NCBI GenBank assembly: GCA_963824495.1 | Contig: CAWGPQ010000017.1 | Span: forward strand, 1-64,000 | Source of the DNA: an uncultured bacterium | Lineage (GTDB): Bacteria > Babelota > Babeliae > Babelales > Babelaceae | Direction of reading: 5' to 3' | DNA length: 64,000 nt | In this document: positions 29,756 to 39,674 of the stretch, piece after piece | Layout: the number at the start of each line of letters is the position of its first letter | Position numbering within the stretch: position 1 is the first letter of the stretch | The notes under the pieces: generated by a model | What the model saw: only the letters and a program-made list of their open reading frames with translations | Told to the model about the DNA's origin: nothing | Databases searched by the model: none | Position numbers and translations under genes: made by a program

Positions 29756-30781
29756 TTAACGACGCTTAAAGCTTGGTTTATAGCACATGTGCGCCGATGT
29801 ATTATTAATAGCATACAATGGTGCTCTATCAATAACAAAGCCTTGATCAAATTTAACAAGCAATTGCTCAGGTGACCACATATCCATGTGTCTATTGTGC
29901 ACAAAGTCATGCTGTACTCTATTAAGTGGAATATTAATAACTTTAGAGCTTTTACAGCAAATACCAATTCTGCTCATGTCAGCATATTCAGCCCATATGC
30001 TTTCGAGTGTATTAGGACTCGTATAGTCCAGCTTTGTGAAATACCCAATAATATCGCGCGTACGATACAGTGTCATGTCTAACGTATGAGGATAATGCCA
30101 GTCTCCTTTGCCAGAAGAAAATTTCCAGGCATAAAACTCACCTCCAAGATAAACATAGGGTGGAATACCTTGATAAGATCGCTGCATATAACACTCCGAA
30201 ACGTTAAGCCCAAGCCGTAGATATACCCCATATGCATGTGTTTTTTCTAATATTGATCTACAAGCATCAACATCAATAATATCTTTTACAATAATATCGT
30301 CGACAGCAAACAATACATATCCTGCGTGTGAGCTGGTAAGCGCTTTAAGCGTCAGTTCTTTAAAATCTTCAGGTGGTGCTTGAGTGGATTGCTGTAAAAA
30401 GATCGCGGTATTAAATTTTCTTTTGAGCTCGGCATAGGTGCTATCAAATGCCGGTGTACTTGATCGATAAATAATACTTACTTTATGCAAGCCCTTAACA
30501 AATTCTTCGACCGATTCAAGAAATGCCCAGAGCTGTAGAGGTCTATCAAATGAGTAAACTATAAGATCAGCACTTTTATCATGGGTTACTTTCGATAAAG
30601 ATTCAAAATTTCTTGCACACTTATAACGCTTACCTCCATTGCTGATGTCCTGCTTGACGTGCTGACCAAATGTAACAGCACAGGGGGCATATAGGTGCAC
30701 AATCAAAGTAAAAGCTACTAAAAAAGTCCATGGTCTTTTCTTAAACGCCACAGTAACATAGTTCATAAGCACAGACTCCAA
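29756..30781 (-). CDS. Glycosyltransferase-like (GT-A fold) protein with N-terminal anchor
   Basis: IVYSFDRPLQL, YVLFAVDD; resembles the C-terminal domain of 11458-12945. Confidence 0.65.
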   Translation of the reverse strand: MESVLMNYVTVAFKKRPWTFLVAFTLIVHLYAPCAVTFGQHVKQDISNGGKRYKCARNFESLSKVTHDKSADLIVYSFDRPLQLWAFLESVEEFVKGLHKVSIIYRSSTPAFDSTYAELKRKFNTAIFLQQSTQAPPEDFKELTLKALTSSHAGYVLFAVDDIIVKDIIDVDACRSILEKTHAYGVYLRLGLNVSECYMQRSYQGIPPYVYLGGEFYAWKFSSGKGDWHYPHTLDMTLYRTRDIIGYFTKLDYTSPNTLESIWAEYADMSRIGICCKSSKVINIPLNRVQHDFVHNRHMDMWSPEQLLVKFDQGFVIDRAPLYAINNTSAHMCYKPSFKRR

Positions 30782-30980
30782 AACTAAGTCTAACGTATAG
30801 ATACTTTATACAATAGATCCAATAGAAAAACAAGATTATTGCAAAAGGTCAAGAGTTACTGTGCACCGAAGAGCCTTCTGCTTTTAAGCTGGCGTTGTTC
30901 AGTTTCCTCTCCATCGTTTAATTGCTCTTTAAAGACAGGAGACAACATGTCTAGGAAGATAGGTAATATTTTTTAATATA

Positions 30981-31971
30981 ACGTGAATTCGATATAAGAT
31001 AAGATAGAAAAAAGTGAGCAAAATACTATCCTTTTTAAATCAGAAACAAAAAAAAGAAAGGAGAAGTAAAATGCTCACGGATTTATTTTACCACGTTGAT
31101 GAATTCTGCAAAGACCTATCGAAGGTTACGGAAGAAGAATTGAGGATTGAAGATAGTGAAAGAAAACGAAAAAGAAACTGTAGGCTGCAGCTTAGTGAAG
31201 TAATGACGCTAGTGATCTATTACCACTATTCAAACTATAAAACACTCAAAGATTATTACCAAAGGCACGTTTTGCGCAACCTAACGTCAGAGTTTAGCGA
31301 GCTGGTTAGCTATACGAGGTTCATTGAACTTAAGCAGGAAGCAGCATTACCTCTTGCATTATTTAGCAGACTTACGTGCTCGAATCCTTGTACTGGCGTA
31401 TCATTTATAGATAGTTTTGCCCTAAAAGTATGCCATAATAGAAGAATTAACTCCAATAGGGTATTCAAAGATATAGCTCAGGGAGGCAAGACAAGTATTG
31501 GCTGGTTTTATGGCTTTAAAGTACATTTTTTGATTAATGTATATGGTGAAATTATAAACTTTTCTATAACTACGGGCAATGTAGCAGACAGCAATCCTGA
31601 GGTGCTTGATGTTTTAACTCAATCAGTATCGGGTAAAGTATATGGTGATAAAGGTTATATTCTCAACGCTGAGCGGCTTGAATCTTATTGCAATAAGGGT
31701 GTTCAATTTGTTACAAAAGTTAGAAAGAATATGAAGAGCAGCCCTATTGATGGAGTTGATATCTTGCTTTTGAAAAAGAGGTGTGTCATCGAGTCATGTA
31801 TTGGCATCATGAAGGGTTCTCTCTCCATAGAACATACTAGACATCGTAGTCCTATTGGCTTCCTTGCTCATATATTTTCTAGTTTAACTGCTTATAGTTT
31901 TAGGCCTACAAAGCCTACAATCGTAGTCGATGATGCTCTACCTGTTCTCATGTCTTAAGTCGAATTCACGT
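30981..31971 (+). mobile_element. IS982-family insertion sequence
   Basis: Terminal IRs ACGTGAATTCGA / TCGAATTCACGT; 7-bp direct repeat TAATATA at 30974-30980 and 31972-31978. Confidence 0.92.
31071..31958 (+). CDS. IS982-family DDE transposase
   Basis: LSEVMTL, SYTRF, FIDS..LKVCHN.R, GWFYGFK.H, GDKGY, KRCVIES, IEHTRHRS. Confidence 0.92.
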   Translation: MLTDLFYHVDEFCKDLSKVTEEELRIEDSERKRKRNCRLQLSEVMTLVIYYHYSNYKTLKDYYQRHVLRNLTSEFSELVSYTRFIELKQEAALPLALFSRLTCSNPCTGVSFIDSFALKVCHNRRINSNRVFKDIAQGGKTSIGWFYGFKVHFLINVYGEIINFSITTGNVADSNPEVLDVLTQSVSGKVYGDKGYILNAERLESYCNKGVQFVTKVRKNMKSSPIDGVDILLLKKRCVIESCIGIMKGSLSIEHTRHRSPIGFLAHIFSSLTAYSFRPTKPTIVVDDALPVLMS

Positions 31972-31989
31972 TAATATAAAAAATTTGGA

Positions 31990-32571
31990 ATGATTATAGG
32001 CTTTAGCAATTACTGTAGTGCTTATACCTGGAAGGTAGTAAGCTGGATTACAGGACCGATAATGGTTAAAATTAATCTTGATTGTGTGGGAAGAGGACCT
32101 GCAGCACAAAGGGTTGAACCTTCAATTAAAGTTACCCCTGTTCCCGGCGAGCCTTGGGGCCAGACAACCTTTTTAACACCTAAGGTAACCACCATAAAAG
32201 CTGGGGGATTCGAGGTTGGTTGTTGTATTAAGGACGTAGAGATGTATCCTCCTAACCATCCAGAACAATCAACTAAGTTATCCGTAAAATCTATTACTGC
32301 GGAAGCAGCTGACAAAATAGCAAAAGATATAGCAAAGTATGACGCAGAGACTGTTGGCGGAAGTGCTATTGTTTTAAGCCCCTTAGGTTGGATAGGAGCT
32401 TTCGCTCCTTATGCAGGTATTCTTGTTACAGAAATAGCTGCAACCGCAGGTGGCTCAATTATAGCAGGCATAACAGCTCTAGGAATTGATGCATATCAGA
32501 GATGTTCAAGTCAGCAACTGTTAATTGCCGGCGATGCTGCATACAGGGAAAGATGGCCTAACTTGATTTGA
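31990..32571 (+). CDS. Hypothetical protein, 5' end likely disrupted by the IS
   Basis: 193-aa ORF with C-terminal hydrophobic/Gly-rich helices; upstream SD and ATG at 30947 are in frame once the IS is removed. Confidence 0.55.
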   Translation: MIIGFSNYCSAYTWKVVSWITGPIMVKINLDCVGRGPAAQRVEPSIKVTPVPGEPWGQTTFLTPKVTTIKAGGFEVGCCIKDVEMYPPNHPEQSTKLSVKSITAEAADKIAKDIAKYDAETVGGSAIVLSPLGWIGAFAPYAGILVTEIAATAGGSIIAGITALGIDAYQRCSSQQLLIAGDAAYRERWPNLI

Positions 32572-33679
32572 TGGCTACCCATAGGTCGTTTAATTGCTCT
32601 TCAGAGGCAAGAGGTCTAAAAAGATGGAGTTTTTCCTGGTTATTGTGCATATATGACAAAAGATGCATAATTTCATGTTCATCATCAAGTAAGACAAGAA
32701 CGTCATGGGTAGTAGGCAGAAACGCAAACGTGCGTACGTTATGTGCCATTATAGAGGAACGGTAGAGAAAATTAATAAATTTGTATGCCAAATCTTCATG
32801 CTCACTTGCCGCAGTCATAGCAATATTTTCAAGCGTTACGAATGTCCCTTCTTGAGGAATAATAAAGTCAAGATAGGGATACTGGCGCATGCTGCGTAAA
32901 ATATACGAACTTGATGCCACAGCAAGAGGAGATGTGCCGGTAATCAAAAAGTAATCAGGACGAAAATCAGTATATGCTTCTACCCATTTTTTCTGGGTGC
33001 TTAAGAGGTGTTTAACATGTCCCATTTGATCGGTGCTTATGTCATCTCGGGGCCCATAGAGATAATATGCAGCAAGTGCTACAGCTTCCAGAGGATCGTT
33101 GACCATAATAAGCTTGTCTTGTTTATGACTAATGCTAGTAGAAAGATCGGTAAAAATCATGCCCCATCTTACAGTCTGCTCGTTAAGATGCTCTTTATTA
33201 TAGCAAGTAGCATATCTGCGGTTAACACCAAAGCCAAAAATTTCGCAGGCATAAGGTAGGGAATAGGTAAATTCAGGGTCAATTTTAAATGGTTTAAATA
33301 ACGGATCAAGCGAATCAAGAATAGGTAGCTGTGTATGATCAAGCCTTTTTAAAAGATTGCGCTGAGCTAAAATTCTTACAGCATAATCAGATGGCATAAT
33401 AATATCGTAGCCCTTGCCACCTGTTGCTCGTAATGTGGCCAAGAGCTCTTCATTAGTTGAATAATAGCTGAGTTTAACGGTAATACCGGTTTCTTTTTCA
33501 AATACTTTAACACACGCAGGATCTATGAGTCCTCCCCAGGTAAAGACTTTTAACGTAGCGTGATCAATTCTGCGCTGGTAAAGCTTTGCAAGAGCAAGTG
33601 TCATAAAAATAATACTTATCCATGTTATAATGGCAAACAACCAAGCACTACCGATACGTAAGAAAACAGTATTTTTCAT
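32558..33679 (-). CDS. potD: Spermidine/putrescine ABC transporter substrate-binding protein
   Basis: LKVFTWG, FEKETGI, STNEE, YDIIMPSDY, IPQEGT. Confidence 0.9.
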   Translation of the reverse strand: MKNTVFLRIGSAWLFAIITWISIIFMTLALAKLYQRRIDHATLKVFTWGGLIDPACVKVFEKETGITVKLSYYSTNEELLATLRATGGKGYDIIMPSDYAVRILAQRNLLKRLDHTQLPILDSLDPLFKPFKIDPEFTYSLPYACEIFGFGVNRRYATCYNKEHLNEQTVRWGMIFTDLSTSISHKQDKLIMVNDPLEAVALAAYYLYGPRDDISTDQMGHVKHLLSTQKKWVEAYTDFRPDYFLITGTSPLAVASSSYILRSMRQYPYLDFIIPQEGTFVTLENIAMTAASEHEDLAYKFINFLYRSSIMAHNVRTFAFLPTTHDVLVLLDDEHEIMHLLSYMHNNQEKLHLFRPLASEEQLNDLWVAIKSS

Positions 33680-34476
33680 AGCACAGTACCCCGCGCTCGT
33701 ATACGTAATGCTACATATATACCAAGTATTAAGCTGCTCAAAGCTAATAGTCCTGTTGATAATGCGCTCACGACTGGTGAAACGCCTGAACGAAGCATAG
33801 ATACAATATACAACGAAAGCGTTTGTACCGAGCTACCAGCACAAAAGTACGATATGACAAAATCGTCAAATGAAATAATAAATACCAGCAGACCCGCTGC
33901 AACAAGAGCTGGCCTGAGTAACGGCAGTGTTATCTTAAAGAATGTTTGAACCTGAGAGGCACCTAAGTCAAGCGATGCCTCGGTCAATCGATAATCAAGC
34001 TCAAGAAACCGCGTGTACACAATTGGCATAGCATAGCCAAGTCCTACTACGGTATAGGCTATAATTAATGTTATAAGCCCTAAGGGGACAGAAAGTATGG
34101 TAAATAAACTGAGTAAACCGACACCCAAGACAACTTCAGGAACCAATAAATTACCGTAAAATAAACGCAACAATCGTTCAGTGTGGCGCTGTTCTCTTTG
34201 AGTACCATAAAATATTAATGCAATGGACATTATCACGCTTAAGAAGGTAGCACAGCTCGAGACTATGAGCGAGTTAAAAAAAGCTTTCCAGAGATCGATC
34301 GATGAGGCGAGCTCGTAATACCACTTGAGCGAAAAACTATGCCATGGCGCAGGAAGCGCTGCATCATTAAACGAAAATATTACAAGCACAATAAGCGGAA
34401 TATAGAGTAAACTATATATACTGAGAAAGAACCAGACAGTACTTAACCGCGTAAGCATAGAGCGAACAGTATTCAT
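33676..34476 (-). CDS. potC: Spermidine/putrescine ABC transporter permease
   Basis: LYIPL..LVIFSFN, EASLDLGA, SFDDFVIS. Confidence 0.9.
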   Translation of the reverse strand: MNTVRSMLTRLSTVWFFLSIYSLLYIPLIVLVIFSFNDAALPAPWHSFSLKWYYELASSIDLWKAFFNSLIVSSCATFLSVIMSIALIFYGTQREQRHTERLLRLFYGNLLVPEVVLGVGLLSLFTILSVPLGLITLIIAYTVVGLGYAMPIVYTRFLELDYRLTEASLDLGASQVQTFFKITLPLLRPALVAAGLLVFIISFDDFVISYFCAGSSVQTLSLYIVSMLRSGVSPVVSALSTGLLALSSLILGIYVALRIRARGTVL

Positions 34477-34480
34477 AGTA

Positions 34481-35356
34481 TTATAGATGCCCCCGTGGTT
34501 TTGTAAGTCTATGCATAAGCCTGTAGAGAATAAGCCCAACAATAAAAAGTATACTCAAACTTACTACGGTAAAGGCAGCTCCAGGAGCTATTGTATGCGA
34601 TGCAAGTATAGACCGTGCTATAACACTACCGACAAATACCTGTTTATCACCCCCCATAAATTCAGGGATAGCAAACTCTGCAAATGAAGGCACAAAGACA
34701 AGAAAGAACCCTGCTTGTATTCCCTGAATTGTTAACGGTATCATAACGCGACTAACTGTTTGCAACCAGGTAGCTCCCAAATCAAGCGAGGCCTCAATAA
34801 GCCGTTTATCAAATTTTTCTAAAAGCGAATAAATTGGCAGAACCATAAAAGGCAAATAATAATACACCATCATACCACCCGTAGCCCACGGTGTATTAAG
34901 AAGCGTTAAGGGTTCGTTAATAAGCCCTATTCTTATAAGAACGTTATTGAGAAGTCCATAACGGTCAAGTACAAAAAACCAGGCATATATATGCACAAGA
35001 AAGTTTGTCCAAAATGGTATAATAAGCAGAACTATACCAATGATTCGTAGAGGTTTATCCAACCGTGAAATACCATATGCTAGAGGGTAAGCAATCAGGA
35101 GACACATAGTCGCTGTGCATAACGCCAAACCTAATGATCGTACAATAACACGTAGATAAAGTGGTGTCAGCACATGAGCAAGATAACGTCCCGTAATCCC
35201 TATAACAACTCCTTGTTCAGATAGCTCTATGCTACTTAAAGCAAAAATTACTAAAAGTGGCACATATAAGAAGAGTATTTGCCAAAGTACTGGAAGACTA
35301 CCTACGAAAATAGGTAGCTGGCGATACAACATGTTTTTCACATTGATAAAATTCAT
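34481..35356 (-). CDS. potB: Spermidine/putrescine ABC transporter permease
   Basis: IAYPLAY, IPFWTN, YLPFMVLPIY, EASLDLGA. Confidence 0.9.
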   Translation of the reverse strand: MNFINVKNMLYRQLPIFVGSLPVLWQILFLYVPLLVIFALSSIELSEQGVVIGITGRYLAHVLTPLYLRVIVRSLGLALCTATMCLLIAYPLAYGISRLDKPLRIIGIVLLIIPFWTNFLVHIYAWFFVLDRYGLLNNVLIRIGLINEPLTLLNTPWATGGMMVYYYLPFMVLPIYSLLEKFDKRLIEASLDLGATWLQTVSRVMIPLTIQGIQAGFFLVFVPSFAEFAIPEFMGGDKQVFVGSVIARSILASHTIAPGAAFTVVSLSILFIVGLILYRLMHRLTKPRGHL

Positions 35357-36444
35357 CGCTCAAGCACTACCCCATTTTCTTTTTGCCAATAGAGATACAC
35401 TATATTATCATAATCAATAACCTGCTCAGGAAAATGCTCGTCATTCTGCTCAAATACTTGTAAACGTTGGTTATTCTTAAGCCGAATGTTATATTCAGTA
35501 GAGCGTCCGTGATAAACAATAGAGTCTACAATACCAGTCAGGCTATTGGAAAAGTTTTCACGAGTGTGCTTACTGATTAAAATTTTTTCCGGCCGTATGC
35601 TCATGACTACGTCAGCATTCTCATACATCCACTCTTTAAGTTTAGGGATATACACTTTAAAAAGACCGATGCCAGGTATTTCAAGAGCAGGATCATGCAG
35701 GGGTGATCGGAGTTTACCTCGTAAAATATTTGTTGTACCAACGAATTTAGCAACAAATGACGATACAGGGAACTCATAGATTTCTTTTGGTGTTCCGATT
35801 TGCTCAATTTCACCATGAGCATTCATGATGGCCATCTGATCAGCAACAGCAAGCGCCTCAAATTGATCATGCGTTACATATAAGAACGTTGTTTTAAGTT
35901 TTTCTTGAAGCTCAATAAGCTCAAGTAACACCCTTTCGCGAAGCTTAAAATCAAGTGCGGCAAGCGGCTCATCGAGCAATAGTACCTCTGGCTCATTAAT
36001 AATAGCTCGAGCAAGTGCCACCCGTTGCTGCTGCCCACCTGATAACTGGCTAATTGGTTTATAGATCTGAGCCTCCAAATGAACTGCTTTAAGTACGCGA
36101 AAAACTTTTTGTTTAATAAGAGCAGGTTGTAACTTTTTTATAACCTGGCTATAAGCAACATTATCAAAAACATTTAAGTGAGGAAATAGCGCATAATTTT
36201 GAAATATAGTATTAACGTGCCGCTGATTAATAGGCTTATAGGTAATATCTTCATCACCTAGATAAATACGACCAGAATCAACGGTTTCAAACCCAGCTAT
36301 AAGACGCAAGAGCGTTGTCTTACCGGATCCACTTGGCCCTAACAAGGCAAAAAATTTACCTGATGGCACAGTCAAGCTGAGATTCTCGATCACCTGTTCA
36401 CCGTTATATGATTTAGTAATATTTTCTAGCCGTATGCTTCTCAT
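35353..36444 (-). CDS. potA: Spermidine/putrescine ABC transporter ATP-binding protein
   Basis: GPSGSGKT, LSGGQQQRVALARA, LLLDEPL, C-terminal TOBE. Confidence 0.92.
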   Translation of the reverse strand: MRSIRLENITKSYNGEQVIENLSLTVPSGKFFALLGPSGSGKTTLLRLIAGFETVDSGRIYLGDEDITYKPINQRHVNTIFQNYALFPHLNVFDNVAYSQVIKKLQPALIKQKVFRVLKAVHLEAQIYKPISQLSGGQQQRVALARAIINEPEVLLLDEPLAALDFKLRERVLLELIELQEKLKTTFLYVTHDQFEALAVADQMAIMNAHGEIEQIGTPKEIYEFPVSSFVAKFVGTTNILRGKLRSPLHDPALEIPGIGLFKVYIPKLKEWMYENADVVMSIRPEKILISKHTRENFSNSLTGIVDSIVYHGRSTEYNIRLKNNQRLQVFEQNDEHFPEQVIDYDNIVYLYWQKENGVVLER

Positions 36445-36450
36445 AGCTTA

Positions 36451-37167
36451 TCACACGCTCTTATCACGAGCAAAATAGAGTGGCACAACAATATCAGAAA
36501 CGGTACAGGGTACCACAACAGCAATAACTAACAGAAAAAATAATAAGCCCATAAATCCATGCCATTCATCAAACCCATGCGATACGACATAAAACAATGA
36601 TGCTAGCGAACTAATAAGAATATGAACAAAATGGGACTTAAGCGAAAAAAGCCCAAGCGACGATGCGTGACTATGGCGCATTGCCAAACCTGTCACGAGC
36701 CCAATAAGCATTAACGGTATAACATTCATCAAATCATGCCATGATAAAAAACAGATATGCACATGCATACCTACACCTAAGAGACGTCCCGCAATGGCAG
36801 GTAGTATAACGTCAGAAAGAGTACAAAAAATTGCCGGAGAAATAAGCGACACCGCTATACCTTTCAACAATTTGGGGGAAAAGCGTGAAAAGGCAACCAT
36901 CGTTCCCATAACCGCATAAACAATGTGCAGGTAGTGAAACGAGTGAAACATCACATGATACCCTTTTCTCATAACAAGTGGCTCATGAATAGTAAGCCCA
37001 ATAAAATAGAGTATACTCAGAACAACAAAACCGCATGCTACAGAAAAAGCGGCAAAGGGCAAATGTGCCAGAAGCTCTGTGTATACCACATGGCTATAGC
37101 CGCCAGTGGCGATGCGTGTATGCGTATGATGATCATTATGACTGTGATGAACTTGGTTATCTTCCAT
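36451..37167 (-). CDS. His-rich multi-pass membrane protein of unknown function
   Basis: 6-7 TM segments with intramembrane His (HSFHYLH, HFVHI); 6 nt upstream of potA. Confidence 0.75.
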   Translation of the reverse strand: MEDNQVHHSHNDHHTHTRIATGGYSHVVYTELLAHLPFAAFSVACGFVVLSILYFIGLTIHEPLVMRKGYHVMFHSFHYLHIVYAVMGTMVAFSRFSPKLLKGIAVSLISPAIFCTLSDVILPAIAGRLLGVGMHVHICFLSWHDLMNVIPLMLIGLVTGLAMRHSHASSLGLFSLKSHFVHILISSLASLFYVVSHGFDEWHGFMGLLFFLLVIAVVVPCTVSDIVVPLYFARDKSV

Positions 37168-37384
37168 AACACCTAGCGTTAGTAGATTACTATACAATTT
37201 TTATGGTACACTGGAGAAAAATTTCTACCAAATGCACGAGAAGGATCGAACAGATAAAAAAATAAAGAGCACCCGAATACTTTTCTCTAGTATTTTCCAG
37301 TATAGCACGATATATACAAATTGACTACTAAAGCTCTTGACTTAAAGGAAACAAACCCTTTGCTATCTAGACAGAGTTAGATAC

Positions 37385-37413
37385 TGGCCCAAGCTTGGCT
37401 CAGTTCGGGCCAG
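37385..37413. terminator. GC-rich hairpin downstream of the 37442-38944 gene
   Basis: CTGGCCC...GGGCCAG. Confidence 0.5.
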
Positions 37414-37441
37414 CAATAGCTCTATTCTGTTATAGGTTCTA

Positions 37442-38944
37442 TCACCAACTGAGTATAAGTGAACCGAGCACCGTTGTTGAACGATAAGCATTGCGACGAG
37501 AGACTGGCTGCTGGTACAAAATGCCCGTAGTAACACACTCAGCTATATCATAGTTAAATCCAATATTAATAACAGAATACTCAAATTTTGATTCTTCCCT
37601 CAGCTTTTGCGTAAGAACACAGCATTTCCTTCGCGGACATAATGAGCGAATTTTAAAGCAGTCTTCACTATGACTTACCATAACATACTGAATCCAAACA
37701 GATAATCGCTCAAGAAAGTGATAGGCACTTAAGGTAACCCCAAAGTTCCAGTTTCGCCCGGGCGAGATTTGGACTGTCGCCCTGCGTGGGAATATCCCTT
37801 GCTGGAGCTGATTTGTTGGCACGGGGTAATTTCTGTGCACACGGCTTGTAAAATGCGTTAGGCTTCCTTCAAGGGCAACTTCAAAAAATTCAACAAAATC
37901 AATCGTAAAGCCGGCAGTTGCGCCTATAGAGGCATGACCATCATTACCTAGCGGCAAACTAAAGAGCTGACATGGTCGCCTTTTCTTGGCTGTTGGAAGA
38001 CTTAACTCAAGCGAAACAAATGGCATAAATAAGAAATATGGCCATTCCGGTCGACAATAGTTCAATGGATAGAGGCGGCGCCAGGTGAGTATAAACCGTG
38101 TATCTTCTAAGCCAAACGTATGAAACTCACGAATATTAAAGCCGAGTGTTCGTGCAATTACATCAATACGCTTAGTAATTCTATTGATAACAAGCTCTTT
38201 ACAGGCACAATCATAAACATCAACACAGCAACTAGCATTGATACAAGCAGCTCCAGCACCTGGTTGAGTATCAACATTCGAACAACTATCTTGAGGCGTT
38301 GCTCCCGTACAATCTCTAACAGGGCACATAACACCGGTTGCTGAACAGGTAAGATCAAAAAAATCAGGCAGCTGCCGTATATCTGATAACCCCGTCTGAA
38401 TCTGCAATACCAAATCGCAACCAAACCTGATATCCCCTTGGAACCTCGCACCATATTTACGATATTTTATAGCCACATCAAGAAAGCCAAAGCGCTGTGT
38501 TGTATCGTTAAATGCCGGATCAAAGATCCCAGTGCACGTTGTTTTTAAATCAGTACAGTTAATATCAAGCGCGCATAAGAGCCTCTTGCGAATAACCGGG
38601 TCATAAAAAAGCGCAATAACGTTCCAGGGCCCAAGCAAGTCACCTAAATTAACGTTGATAGGCATATTAGGCACACCGCAGGGGATGACGTTATCGAAAG
38701 CACCGCCACAACGAGCTGTTTGCATAAATCCTGAAAATGCGACACGGTAACTATCGTAGCAGGTCTCAAGGCACCCTTCACCTTTCCAACGACGCTTAGT
38801 ACAAGTAAGAAGAAAATCGTGAGGATCATATGATGTATAAAGAGGATAAGGATCGTTTCGAGCAAGACTACTGATGCCATAGATAGGCACCTGCAAGCTT
38901 ATAAGTGTAAGAAGAAGCCCCATGGCATAACGCAATGCAGTCAT
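37442..38944 (-). CDS. Cysteine-rich exported protein, probable outer-membrane beta-barrel
   Basis: Signal peptide; alternating beta-strand pattern; terminal aromatic residue (GSLILSW); about two dozen Cys. Confidence 0.6.
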   Translation of the reverse strand: MTALRYAMGLLLTLISLQVPIYGISSLARNDPYPLYTSYDPHDFLLTCTKRRWKGEGCLETCYDSYRVAFSGFMQTARCGGAFDNVIPCGVPNMPINVNLGDLLGPWNVIALFYDPVIRKRLLCALDINCTDLKTTCTGIFDPAFNDTTQRFGFLDVAIKYRKYGARFQGDIRFGCDLVLQIQTGLSDIRQLPDFFDLTCSATGVMCPVRDCTGATPQDSCSNVDTQPGAGAACINASCCVDVYDCACKELVINRITKRIDVIARTLGFNIREFHTFGLEDTRFILTWRRLYPLNYCRPEWPYFLFMPFVSLELSLPTAKKRRPCQLFSLPLGNDGHASIGATAGFTIDFVEFFEVALEGSLTHFTSRVHRNYPVPTNQLQQGIFPRRATVQISPGRNWNFGVTLSAYHFLERLSVWIQYVMVSHSEDCFKIRSLCPRRKCCVLTQKLREESKFEYSVINIGFNYDIAECVTTGILYQQPVSRRNAYRSTTVLGSLILSW

Positions 38945-39175
38945 TACTATCCTTTCATAGTTACCCAGCCCTTTTAGCTTATAGTATCTTCTATCAAAGA
39001 ACCGTCAACTTCACAATCCCTCTCATTTGTTTTTAATAGCACCTCAATAAGAATTATCTAGCGCAAGCGTTTTTATTACTTTTATTGCAATTTTTAATTG
39101 CCATATGATACTATTAAATTATTAAGCCGTATCTTATAGTTAATATTTGTTAATAGCAGAACATAAGAACGTAGA

Positions 39176-39620
39176 ATGAAACAAATTATTTCTAAAGTTA
39201 TTTTTACAAGCATAGTCTTTAATGCAATTTTTAGTTTAGAATGGGCCCCTTTATCGCTTGCCCAACAAACATTATATCCAAATAAGTTACTGCTTAATGC
39301 AGCAAGAATAGGCGATGCAAAAGCTGTGAAAAAAGCCATTTCTCAAGGTGCCAATGTTAACTATGCCAATGCTAATGGCTATACAGCTCTCATAATCGCG
39401 GCTTGGCTTGGTCATACAGATATATGAGGTTAACTATGCCGCTAATAATGGCACTACCGCTCTTATAATTGCAGCAGGACATGGGCATATAGATATAGTC
39501 AGGTTACTTATAGAGCACAATGCTGATGTTAATGCTGCGGGTGGGCTTGCTCTCACTTTGGCAACTCAAAAAGGATATACTGATATAGTTACCGTGCTTC
39601 GACAGCATGGTGCTCGTTAA
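39176..39620 (+). pseudogene. Signal-peptide ankyrin-repeat protein broken by an approx. 26-nt internal deletion at about 39426
   Basis: GANVNYANANGYTALIIAAWLGHTDI*, then in another frame EVNYAANNGTTALIIAAGHGH. Confidence 0.75.
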
Positions 39621-39674
39621 ACTTGATCGACCGGCTGCTTTGTTTTAAGTCGGCCCAGTTAATAAGAGCACTTT

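Noticed and set aside
30851..30864. AAGAGTTACTGTGC also present at 50143-50156
   Set aside because: Single non-palindromic 14-mer with no flanking similarity; borderline chance
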